Source: Dicyema japonicum (Eukaryota > Animalia > Dicyemida). From it: a DNA stretch of 64,000 nucleotides. The DNA lies in NCBI GenBank assembly GCA_011109175.1, contig RDEW01000017.1:689855-753854 (forward strand), given 5' to 3'. Shown one piece after another: positions 52,900 to 64,000 of this stretch (positions within the stretch are counted from its first letter, which is position 1; each line of letters begins with the position of its first letter). The notes under the pieces are model-generated. The model searched no databases. It was not told the origin of the DNA and saw only the letters and a program-made list of their open reading frames with translations. The position numbers were made by a program, and so were the translations under genes.

Positions 52900-55800
52900 T
52901 AGCGTGGCGGCATGCAGTTCACCTGTTGTTGTGATGGCGCCCGGTGCAAGATATGCACTAAAGAGAACCGTTCGAACTTCTCCACCCCTCTACGTTTTTT
53001 GGAAGGGTGGCCTACCAATTTCAATTTGCTACTCCAGGCTGGTGACATCGAACTTAACCCGAGTCCTGATTCCACCCTGGTCATTCTCCAAATCAATGTC
53101 AATGGAATCCGTAATAAAGTGCTGGAGGTACGTTCCCTCTTGGCCCGTTTGAAAGTGGACATTGCCATTATTCAGGAGTCTAAACTCTACTCGTCAGCCG
53201 CCACCCCACGCTTTTCTGGCTACAATATACTCCGAAAAGACCAGACAAGAAATCTCGTGGATGATTATTGACGTTGGTTAGGGAGGGTTTTTTGTTCACC
53301 GATCTCACCCCGTTTGTATTTTCTCTTTGCGAAGGAGACCCTATTCTGGAACAAATCTCTATCGAAGTTCCTTTCTCACCCTCAAGATGTTTTACACTGT
53401 AATATTTATATTCCACCTCAGAGTTTGTCGACTTCCCTTATTCTAAAGTATATTACAAACTTATTGAAACTTTGAATTGAAAGATTTGGTATTATGCAGC
53501 GACCTAAATTCCAAACATCCACTCTGGTTCCGGACACAATCGCGGCGAGTACATCCTTTCCTTCCTTAATGATTTGACTATCCTCAATAACCCGGACACT
53601 CACACAAGGACCCCGATCCGCAGAAGGGACAGTCCAACATCCCCGGACCTGTCTCTTTGCTCTCCTTCTATGGCTTGATGTATTTCATGGAATGTCCGTT
53701 ATGGTTTCTCAAGCGACCATAACCCCATTGTGTTGCGACTTAAAAGGCCTATTTGTTTACTGTGTTGTTCTACAAAGTTCAAAAATAATTTGAAGGCTGA
53801 TTGGCAAGGTTTCAGGGCGCATGTGGACTATAGTTTGCTTGACCTTACAATGGTTAATTGTACAGTAGAGAAGAAGGCCAAGATTTTATCTACTATCATT
53901 TTGAAAGCTGATAAACTATTTATACCTGTCGTCTCCTACAAGAAGTTCAATCCAAGATTATCATCGCAAATTGTGACACTCATCAAGAAACGAGATGGGC
54001 TGAAGAGAAAAAGAACAAAGATCAATAACTCCTTCTACTCTATACGTTCACTGAATACCAAATTATCTGAGCTTATCCGAACTAACAACAGACTCAAATG
54101 GAGCCGTTTAGTTGGACGACTATGTCGCAAAAACTCTTGTGCCACATTTTGGAAAACGCTAAGAAAGATCAATAGCCTTATCAATGAGGAGGACTGCTGA
54201 ACTGAGGTCGTTACCCGCAACGCTTCAAAACACGCTCGCAAACTTTCAAACAAGATTATGAAGTACTACGTATCGATCAGCCATAAAGATTTTTCCCGTT
54301 CTACACATGTTGAACGGCGCCGGCCGCAACAAGAACCGTATTCCACCTTCTTCACCCCCATGATGTTGACAAAGCTATTAAATTGCTACTTCCCACTTGT
54401 GCTTGTGGTCCGGACGGTATTTGCACTATTTACCTCAAAACCTTGGACCTCAGGCACGGGCCATACTATCAAGACTGTACAACGACTCTATCAACTACCA
54501 TGTTATGTTATGTTGTCCAATTAAGTCGTGTCCGACCCTTGGAGATCTCATGAACGAGTTTCCCCCACTCTCCCCGATCCGTTGCAATTTGGGGTAGCCT
54601 TGATATAGGCATTCCCGTGACGTCTTCCACCGTGGATAGCCACCGAGTCCTTGGTCGGCCAGGTCTTTTCCTCCCAGTAATATTGCTCAGCATAATTGTT
54701 CTTTCCAGTGAATCAGAGCGGACAACATGCCCAAAGAACGCCAATCTGTGTTTTACGATTCTTCCTTCTAGCGAAATGTCAGTCTCTACCCGTTTGAGTA
54801 CATCGATGTTTGTTATTTTGGAAGTCCAAGGAATTCTTAGTAACCTCCTCCAGCACCACAGCTCAAAAGTATCAATTTTTCGTCTATCCGCCTTTTTCAA
54901 TATCCATGATTCTCCGCCGTATAGAACAACCGGGAACACGATTGCATTAACTAGTCTGCATTTGGTCCTTAAGGAAATATCTTTGTTTTTCCAAATTCTA
55001 TTCATTCTCTGGAAGGTGTCTCGTCACATGGCAATTCGCTTCTTGATTTCCAAGCCTCCGTCACCATTCCGATTAATTAGACATCCCAGAAAGACAACAT
55101 TATCGCAACTCTCTATTTTCTCATTCCCTATTTTTAGTTCCATTATTAGCAGTAGTCATAATTTTGGTCTTCTTGATATTTAGCAATAAACCATAGACGG
55201 CGCTCTCTTCTCTGAATCTTAGAATCAACTCCCTGAGGCCATCCTCTGTTTCAGCCAGTAAGGTTGTATCGTCAGCATAGCGCAAATTATTGATGTTCCT
55301 GCCTCCAATTTTAATCTCGTTATTTGATACAGTATCCAATTTAGTCATGATCATTTCGGCATAAATATTGAATAGGATGGAGATAATAAGCATCCTTGTC
55401 TTACTCCTTTACAAATTTTGAACCAATCGGTATCTCCATACACTGTTCTAACAGTAGCTTCTTGATCCTTATAAAGAGATTTGATAAGCAATATCAGATG
55501 GGCATCGAATCCAAATTCTTTTAAAGCGGACCACAGCTTGTCACGTATAACGGAATCAAAAGCTTTCCGATAGTCAATGAAGCACATGTATGCACTCTTT
55601 TAAGATTCATGGGCTTTTTCCATAATCCACCGGACATTTGCCTCGTCCCTTCCTGAATTCTGCTTGGACATCCGGTAGAATCATTCGGCATTTGGCATTA
55701 GACGATGTTGTATTATCTTTAGAAGTATTTTGCTGACGTGGGGAATTAAGGCTATTGTACGATAGTTTCGCATTCTGTCTCAATAAATATAGATCTTTTC

Positions 55801-57610
55801 CACTCACGTGGCCAAATACCAGTTTCCCAAATTTTTTGACATAGACTGGTGATAGCTGTCACCGGTATAGCCTTCAACAATTCGCTTGAGATGTTGTCAA
55901 TCCCCGGTGCCTTGTTCCCCGTTAATTGCCGTGTAGCCCACACGCATTCCTTCTCAAGGATTTTATGCCCCTTACCCAACGTTGCTTCATCAACACATAT
56001 GGGTGGGCACACAGTTTCTTATATTCTCTCCAACGATTTCGGATGTTCTGTTGGCCTAGCAATTCAACACCATCCTTGTCCTTGATTTTGCCCATCATTT
56101 TCGTAAAGGGGGTTCGTAATCTTTTTAGTTGTAAATACGCATTCTTAGTGTGACCTCTCTTATAGTCATCTTCCATTTTTTTGCAGTGTAACCTCCAGTA
56201 GTCTTCTTTATCCTTCCTGGCTGCCTTTTTGAATTCAGAGTTAAGTTTTCTTATCTCGTCTATATTCCCAAAGACTCAACTACCATACGCTACCTAATAT
56301 ATGGAAAAACTCCCTGATTACGCCAATTCTAAAGCCTGGAAAACCAAAAGACTCTTCTTACCGCCCCGTCTCAATAACTTGTGTTTTATCAAAAGTGTTA
56401 GAAAAGTTATATTAATGCGCATCTCTCCTGTTCTACATCTACCAAAGTTTTAACATGGTTTCAGGGCAGAACGTTCTACAACGACTCATTTGGGTTCTAT
56501 TTCCCAGTTTATTACTGACGGCTTCAACATGAGAACACACTTACGGACGGCATTAGTATCCATCGACATACAGAAGGCCTTTGATTCTGTTCCGAGGAAA
56601 CTCCTAACGCACAAGATTTTTAATTCGAACTTACATCCGAACATCAAGCTATGGCTAGAAAATTTCTTAACTGGACGACGCGGAAGGGTCCGTATTGACA
56701 AAATCACTTCAAAATCAAGACTACTCCCCAATGGAGTCCCGCAAGGCTCTCCTTTATCTCCTCTCCTTTTCAACCTATTTCTACATGACCTACCTACTAC
56801 CAATGACAGGACACTATGTTTTTATCTTATGCGGACGACCTAATTATCGTTGCAAGAGATAAATCTTCTTCCGTGGCTGTAACAACTGTTCAATCACACC
56901 TAAACCGAGTATGTGACTGGCTATCTGCAAATATGTTATGTGTGTCAGCATCTAAATCCCAATTCACCATTTTCACTACTGATAGAAAATTTAAGGATGG
57001 ACTCGAACTGTTTTTTTTGAGATACTTCTATCCCTTCTACGCAGGACCCAAAAGATCCTTGGTGTATTTTTCGACTCTCTGATGACGTTCTCGAGTCACT
57101 TGGAGGAGCTGCTTGCCATAGGTCTTCGGAAATGGAACATTTTAAAAGCGATCATAAAGAAGAGACCTTTCCCTCTGCTGCTTGAGTCAACAAGGTCTAC
57201 CAACAAGTCATCGTTCCTACCATTGAATCTGCCTGCTCCGCCTGGAGATTTGCGATTCCCTTTTCGAGAGTGGATCGTTTGAACTCTCAGGCGGAAAATT
57301 ATGCACCACACGGAGATCTTTATTGGCGGCCTCGTTTCTGATGAGGCGACGTTGAAGGTTTTCCTACGTTTCTGCAAGTAACTTGGAAACCCATTCAAGG
57401 AAAAGGTGGCCCATACAGAGGAATTTCGGTCGGTTATTAAAAAAAGTGCACGCCGATTGAATTCTTTTCAGAAGAAAAAGAAGGCGCTTCCGAAATGCGG
57501 TTGGGTCATCAGAAGATTAGATGAAGAGAGTTCGGATGTTGTTGGAGGGTGGGATCATCTAATTAGTTAGTTTTGACCTATCTTTCTTGGTGGTCTTGGA
57601 GTTAAATAAA
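52900..57610 (+). mobile_element. Near-full-length APE-RT LINE (Ingi/I-group-like) with an N-terminal 2A-like peptide, interrupted by an RTE insertion
   Basis: TNFNLLLQAGDIELNPSP, then ILQINVNGI, IIQESKL, SPDLS and SDHNP (APE); PILKPGKP..YRPVS, DIQKAFDSV, GVPQGSPLSPLLFN and SYADD (RT). The ORF remnant ends GGII* in a 3' hairpin. Confidence 0.9.
54502..56275 (-). mobile_element. 5'-truncated RTE (BovB-like) element with an 11-bp TSD and (AACAT)n tail
   Basis: FIDYRKAFDSV, GVRQGC, NNLRYADD and FELWCWRRLL motifs. TCAACTACCAT occurs at 54491-54501 and 56276-56286. Confidence 0.95.
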
Positions 57611-58019
57611 TTAAAAAAATAAACAATCACCGTTAATCGAGCAATCTACGCGCCGGAACACGGTCTGAGCACCAGGAAAAGATGCGAAGACTGCTTAGGG
57701 AGGCCGGGATTACCTGAATTTTCTCATTGTGACTATTACGGTGGTTTTTGGTTAATAAATTTAATTTCATTTAAACAAAAGAAAATACATTACTAACAAA
57801 TCCTGCTCCAACTGTCAAGAAACAGCTGGCATTTCCATATACGTGGCGTAACAAAATGCTGTGAATGCATCTTCATTTATGTTATTTAAATTAACAAAAC
57901 GCATTTTAAGTTGTTCAAATCTTTCTAGTATAAACTTTTTTCAATCGATATGAGATTTTATTTATTTTTTTAAAACAATTTTTTATGACAAACAATATAA
58001 TTAAAAATATAAAGGCAAA

Positions 58020-58294
58020 TTAGGACGACAGAATGGCGAAGGCGTTACCTCTGATAATCGCCATTTCGAGCTTCTGCCTCAACCAGAGTCCCTCCCATGG
58101 CTCGCACCTTTTTGAGGCGAGTTTGCTTCCAATGCTGTGGAGAAAGGCGTCCGTCTTCGCGCCTACAGTTCAGTTGTCTCTACAGCAATGGGGGTGATAT
58201 GGTAATGATCTCCGAGGGGTTCGTACTTATAGATCTTCTTGACCTGCCTCTCCAGGAGAGTGCGTCGCCGTCAGCAATCTGGCTCCTGAGGTGT

Positions 58295-58299
<5 letters not shown>
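58020..58299 (-). mobile_element. 3' fragment of a CRE-like element (same subfamily as 58700-61540)
   Basis: EGLWLRQKLEMAIIRGNAFAI; the reverse complement aligns to 61390-61536. Confidence 0.8.
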
Positions 58300-58325
<26 letters not shown>

Positions 58326-58637
58326 GCCTTTTCACGAGAGCCATAATATTTATAGCTCCGCATAGGCAGGACACACACTTTATTTAAGTAAAGAACAGTT
58401 AATTTTAACTAATCGTAGAACCAAGGAATGATCTTCACTTCTTTTTTTCTTTTTCTTGTGTGAGTGTCCTTTCTAGACAATCCAGTTCCGCAGTGAGTAT
58501 TCACTGATGACGGCGTCACTCGTCAAACCTTTTCTGCATCGTGGATGCGTGGAACCTTCCACCAGGTGAGAAGCAGCGAGATTCGAACCCGTAGCCTAAG
58601 CCACTTAAGCCCGACACCTAACCACTAAGCCACCCGG
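58300..58637 (-). mobile_element. tRNA-derived SINE with 23-nt poly(A) and 14-bp TSD
   Basis: Minus-strand A box TGGCTTAGTGG and B box GGTTCGAATC. Poly(T) at 58300-58322 on the plus strand. CTGAGGTGTC(G/C)ACA occurs at 58286-58299 and 58638-58651. Confidence 0.9.
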
Positions 58638-58699
58638 CTGAGGTGTCCACAACAAAATTCGCCGTTGCACGATTTGGTCGTTGTGGTGTCAAGAAAAAA

Positions 58700-61540
58700 A
58701 AAAGAAGAGAAAAAGAAAGGAAAATCAGAAAAGAAAATGCAGAAACTAATCAGGCTAAGTCTGACTCTGCTCACTGCCTTGCTATGGATCAAGCTACACT
58801 CAAAAAATTACTACTTTTACCTGCGAAGTCAAAAAAGCTGTGCGAGTCTTGCGGATATTGCAACGCGAGAAGTACGGTTGAATTGTACATCTTGCAGGAG
58901 ATACTTCCACCTCGGGTGTGTCCGAATGCGAAATTGGCTGCGAGATCTCTTTACAAATGGGACTGCGCATACTATATGGATTCCGACCCCGACTGAATTC
59001 AGTCCTCCCTCTTACTCTTATTCTGGACAAATCGAACCATTTTGTTACGCCTGTGGAGAGTCGGAAAGGTAGACGGATTCCACTGAGAATACCAAAGGGC
59101 GTTCGAATTCCCGCTGCTGAATGCCTCACGTCATTAATTGATAAAGCTATCAGCACCAGCGACCAGACCTCTTGGATACGTCTACTGAGCTTTGCACCTA
59201 TGACCCTTGGAATTTCTGCCTCAGAGCAAGCTCGCAACGGATCACTGGCCTCAAAAATCAAGAAGAATACTGCTTTTTTGGCTACTTCAACGCAGCAAGA
59301 CTCTGGAATCGAGCCTGAGCAAGTACTTCGGTGCAAACAGTTGTCTACAGAAGCTGGGAGTAAACAGGAAGATTCTAAAGCACTTCGAGAGAGGGAACCG
59401 AAAACTGATAGAAGGGAACGTTTGCGCAGCTGTAAGAGTAGTGTCTTGTGACGAAGCGCTGTTGAAGTTGTGCCGTGAAGTCTTGGAGTTATTGAGAAGG
59501 AAGCATCCTGCTCCACCACCGAACCAGCAGAACTTGACAATGCCAGAAGATTTACTCCCATGGAATTTGAAGTAGTGCGTGGAATAAAGTCTTTTGCACT
59601 CAGTAGCTGCGGAGGCCTGCACGGACTGCGCCCAAGCCATGTAAAGGATTAACCTCTGAACTGCTGCTGAAGCCGGCCGTGCTTTGTTAACGTCGTCACC
59701 TTGCTGCTCACTCGAATAGTTAATGGTGATATTCCAAATTTTGCTAAAGATCTTCTTTTTGGACATCTATTGGCATTCGAAAAGGAGATGGAGATGTCCG
59801 CCCAATTGTGATCGGTACATACTTTCGAAGGCTTGCTGCTAAAATCGCTGCACAGGAGAGTCTCCCACAATGTTGTTGAAGAGCTGTTCTTGACTCAACT
59901 TGGGATGGGAGTGACCAATGGTTGCGAGGCAGCAGTCCACGCCGCAAGGAGTTACTTCAACAACAATAATTCCAGACCCAGAGGCTAGGCCTGAAGCTTG
60001 ATATATCAAATGCCTTTAACACGCTGAGGAGAGACTGTATTTTGGAGTCCTGTTGGAAAAGAGCTCCAGAGATTGGCCGACTTGTATAATTATCGTATGG
60101 GACGTACTCAGCCTTAGTTTACGGAAACGATACCGTTTATTCACGCACAGGCGTTCAGCAGGGAGACCCTCTAGGGCCTTTGCTTTTTGCAATGACAATT
60201 GACAGTGGCACGAAACATAAACTGTGAACTAAACCTATGGTACTTGGACCGCCACTAATAGCTGCCCGTGGAGAATTTATATCAGGATATTTCTTCAACA
60301 ATTCCAGCTCTAAACGAATTGGGTTTAAGTGTCAACGTTATGAAATCAAAACTGATCAATATTTCCTGCTCATCTCCAAGCTTTTCTACTTCCTGCCAAG
60401 AATTCAGATACCTACTTCCAGTATCAACATATCATCCTGGACACAAAGTACACTTCCTGGCTGCCCTCTCGGAAACGACGAGCTGGAAAACTGCCTTACC
60501 AGTAAGAATAATGAAGTTGAAGCCTTTACAAAGAGAGTATCATCTTGGATCCACATGTGTCTTTCTTCTTGCTCAAGAAATGTATTTCGTGTCGAAGATG
60601 ATGTACATTTTGAGATGTTCACCATGTTTTGAACACCGGAATGCACTATTGTTGGCTGATGAGACTCTGAGACGATCGGCGGAGTCAATACTAAATGTCA
60701 AATTCGATGATCTGGCTGGACTATGTGCAAACAACCTGCGAGAAATGGGGGCATTGGGTTGAGATCCCCCTTGAAGCCGTCCTGCCTGCCTACTTTTCAT
60801 CCCTTGAGAGCTGTAGTCCCTTGGCCCAAGCAGTTCCTACGTAACGCAACCGGACATACCTTGGACTTGGAGCTTGACAGAGTTTGCAAGTTGTGGTGAT
60901 TGGACTCTGAATTCCTGTCGAACTTCGTTTGCCAGAAGAGTTGGGACTCAATTGCATGTATGAGCACTCTGGAGGCTGCGAAGAAAGGCGCCAGCCAACA
61001 CCGACTAGCAAGCATTAAGTCAGCCGCACATCGCGGAAATGGAGTCTGGCTCGAGGCCATACCTCGCCCACATCTGAGGACCCTCCTTGACAAAAACAGC
61101 CTGAGGATCGGGTGGCACTGCGCCTAGGACTGGACATATGCCAGAGACACAAATGCCGTTGAGGCGGGGACGTTGATACGAAAGGCTTACATCCACTCTT
61201 TTGCCGACGGAGTGCTGGTCGAGCCCCGCGCCACGCAGCCTCAATGACATCATTTTTCGAGCCCTAAAGGCTGCGGGATTTCCGACCCAATTGGAACCAT
61301 TGGGCTTAAACAGAGGCGACAGGAAGAGGCCGGATAGAATGACGTTATTCCCATACTCCCACGGAAAATCACTCGTCTGGGACGCAACGTGTGTGGAAAC
61401 CTTCTCAGGAGTCAAATTGCTGACGGCGACGCACTCTCCTGGAGACGCAGCCGACCAGGCGGAGGTCAAGAAGATCCATAAGTACGAACCCCTCGGAGAC
61501 CATTACCATTTCGCCCCCATTGCTTGGAGACAACTCATAT
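58700..61540 (+). mobile_element. Near-full-length, frameshifted CRE-like retrotransposon (PHD-RT-zinc knuckle-RLE)
   Basis: CESC..CTSCRRYFHLGC..WDC; LRIPKGVR; LLRRKHP; KLDISNAFN; GVQQGDPLGPLLF; KRPD; WDATC. Confidence 0.88.
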
Positions 61541-61624
61541 GAGATATTGTTTAATTTTATTGATCGCTTAATACAACAGTTTCAAGAAAATTGTTCATAC
61601 GAATTTGAAATCCAATATCAACAA

Positions 61625-62910
61625 ATTATATTTCCTCGGATGCCCACTCAGCGAAGAAGAACTCGAGAACCATCTACTTTCCAAAAATGAAGAATTAACA
61701 CGCCTTGCGAAAAGATTGTCATGTCTCGACTCTCACACATCTTTCTTCCTGATGAGAAACAACATCGGACTACCCAAGCTTTTATATCTACTCCGATGTT
61801 CACCCTGCCACGAACAATATGACATTCTACTTTCAATGGACAAGTCTCTCAAGCAAACAGTTGAGTCACTAATTAACGTCCGCTTCGGCGAACTTGGTTG
61901 GAAACAATGTAAGCTTCCCTCTGGATTTGGGGGTGTCGGAATGAGATCGGCGCTGGAGGTTGCGTACCCGGCATACCTATCGTCTCTCTCAAGCTGCAGC
62001 CATTTGACACGGCAAGTCCTTCAAAACACAATTGGACTTCGCTGGAATGAGTCATTTGACGAAACTTGTCGGAAATGGAACGAGTCCGGACTCAAAATCC
62101 CCGAAGACACAACGAAGCAAAGTAATTGGGATGACATTGTCTGCTCCAAAATTTTGGAAGACCTTAAAAAAGAAGCAAATAAACATCGTCTGGCTTGTTT
62201 GGTGTCAGCTTCAAGTAGAGGGAGTTGAGCATGGCTTGGTGCAATACCTTGCCCAAACCTCGGGACCTTTTTGGACGACGATTCTTTGAGGATTGGAATC
62301 GGACAAAGGCTGGGACTAGACGTTTGCCAGGAGCACCGATGCCGATGCGGGAAAACAGTCGATGCGAAAGGATTGCACCCGCTGTCCTGCAGAAGAAGCG
62401 CCGGAAGGGGACCACGTCATGCTGCTCTGAATGATGTGATCGTCAGAGCTCTGAAGGCTTCAGGCTTCCCAGCACAGCTTGAACCAGTGGGTCTTGATCG
62501 AGGAGATGGGAAGAGACCTGACGGGATGACCCATTTCCCCTTCACGTCTGGAAGATCTTTGGTCTGGGACGCAACTTGCATAGACACGTTCTCAAGCACG
62601 AACATTTTTAAATCGGTTCAGACACCTGGAGCAGCTGCTTCGACTGCGGAAAACCTAAAAATCAAGAAATATTCTTGCCTCGGGGATCGCTACCGATTTA
62701 CTCCTGTTGCGACCGAATCATCGGGAGCCGTTGGTCCAATGACGGCTGAATTCTTGCAAGAACTCGGAGAATTGCTTGCCAGGAAGAAAAGGGATCAACG
62801 AGAAGGGTTATGGCTAAGACAAAAGATAGGAATAGCCATACTCCGACGGAACTCGTTCGCAATCCACGCAGCAGGCTTCCTCAACTGACATTTGTTTAAT
62901 TGTTAAGAAA
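61625..62910 (+). mobile_element. 5'-truncated young CRE-like element
   Basis: FLGCPL..LPKLLYLLRCSP..LPSGFGGVG, one in-frame stop, then an intact 205-aa RLE ORF (62271-62888). Confidence 0.9.
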
Positions 62911-63544
62911 AATTTTTGTTTTAAAAAAAAATATCAACAAATTTGAGAAAAAATGTGCAATTATTGTTTAATTTGAATCTGCTTTTATTTAATTATGTAA
63001 TGAGCGAAATATACAAAATTGAGTACTCAAATTCGAAAATTATTATATTTATAGTGATGACTATGGCAATTTTTTGCCGATAAAATGCCATTTTCATAAA
63101 AATTTCACCTTTTTTATAAGTTAAATCTACCGGATATGTTCATCCTTATTTATACAGCTACTATTGAACCTTTTCTGTTCTAGAGTCTTTCAGTGATGGT
63201 GTGGGAGCTAAGAATGAAGCAAATTCGTCGACTCTCTGGATAGATCAAGAAGATATGCCATTAAATTGGCATAGGATTGGATCAAAATCCATTTGAAGGT
63301 GGTGTAACTAATGAACAGTCATGTTAGTTGACCCTGCCAGCCACATTTCAAACTCATTAATTAGTTTCCTGGTGCTTTTTTCGACATCACGTTTAGAAAG
63401 GCATGTCTTGAGAAACGGTTCCCGTTCAATCTGCACAACAGTGGACGATAGCCATATTGATCGATCAAACTTCTACAACAATATTTTCACTCAGCACACA
63501 TTTTTAGATCAAAACGAAGAGAGGCGACTAATCTCATTGCTTCA

Positions 63545-63960
63545 TAATCCAGCGGATTGCCAATAATAATGTATATTTAAAATCGCTTTAGGGGTTAACT
63601 CAATTTCATCATCAGGGAGATAGGAGATCTCCTTTATCACAATAAAGGAACTTAGGAAGTTGAAAAGAATTTTGGAAAGCAGGAGACAATTTTTGAGCAT
63701 AAAAAGTCCAACATGGCTGTCCAGAAAGATCAATCTATTGGCAAACTTTCCCATAAGCATCTTTTCTTCACTTAACGACTCCTTTATTCGATCTATATTC
63801 CATATTCATGGAAATCAAAAGAGTAGAAGTCCGTAATTCGAATATCTGTGACAAATCTTACGTTTTTTTCCAAGAAAGCAAAAGATTCCGAACTCATGTT
63901 GAAGTTTACTTCATTTTTCTTTGTGTTAACTTAAAGCCAAATCTGTGACAATTCTCGGAA
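63545..63960 (-). mobile_element. Decayed CRE-like RT fragment
   Basis: RLIFLDSHVGLFMLKNCLLLSKIL resembles 49360-49430. Confidence 0.65.
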
Positions 63961-64000
63961 TGATTAGTTTTGAAAGGACATTTTCAAGACTTTCTCCTGG

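Noticed and set aside
58560-58637. Functional tRNA gene
   Set aside because: It has A and B boxes but no proper acceptor stem, and it is followed by a body, poly(A) and TSD. It is a SINE head.
58800-59561. 253-aa minus-strand ORF and other antisense ORFs over GC-richer stretches
   Set aside because: These are shadow frames of retrotransposon coding sequence with no recognisable motifs.

Overview
Eukaryotic (metazoan) nuclear DNA, very AT-rich, standard genetic code. Host genes are split by ultra-short GT-AG introns, mostly 22-30 nt. Together with cilia-associated genes (SPATA17, CCP2/3-like), this best fits a dicyemid mesozoan; that is an inference and I cannot confirm the species. Ten host genes are recognisable: MYBBP1A/Pol5-like, METTL23, SNRNP40, a VAP-like MSP protein, GAPDH, an NSD-family H3K36 methyltransferase, AGBL2/3-like carboxypeptidase, SPATA17, a PATJ/MPDZ-like PDZ protein and MGAT1. 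There is also one orphan Cys-rich secreted ORF. Much of the rest is mobile DNA: many CRE-like RLE retrotransposons (two with an N-terminal PHD finger), an R4/Dong-like element flanked by a ~115-bp direct repeat, RTE elements, a pogo/Tigger transposon, a tRNA-derived SINE and an APE-type LINE family. The LINE family is the best candidate for a coherent system. One copy reads: decayed HDV-like ribozyme fold, short Cys-rich leader, virus-like 2A (StopGo) peptide, APE, RT. Several divergent copies end their ORF in G-I-T-stop, and those codons form the 5' arm of a covarying 3'-terminal RNA hairpin. The assembly has single-base deletions and two N-joined duplicated overlaps, so exon coordinates are approximate.
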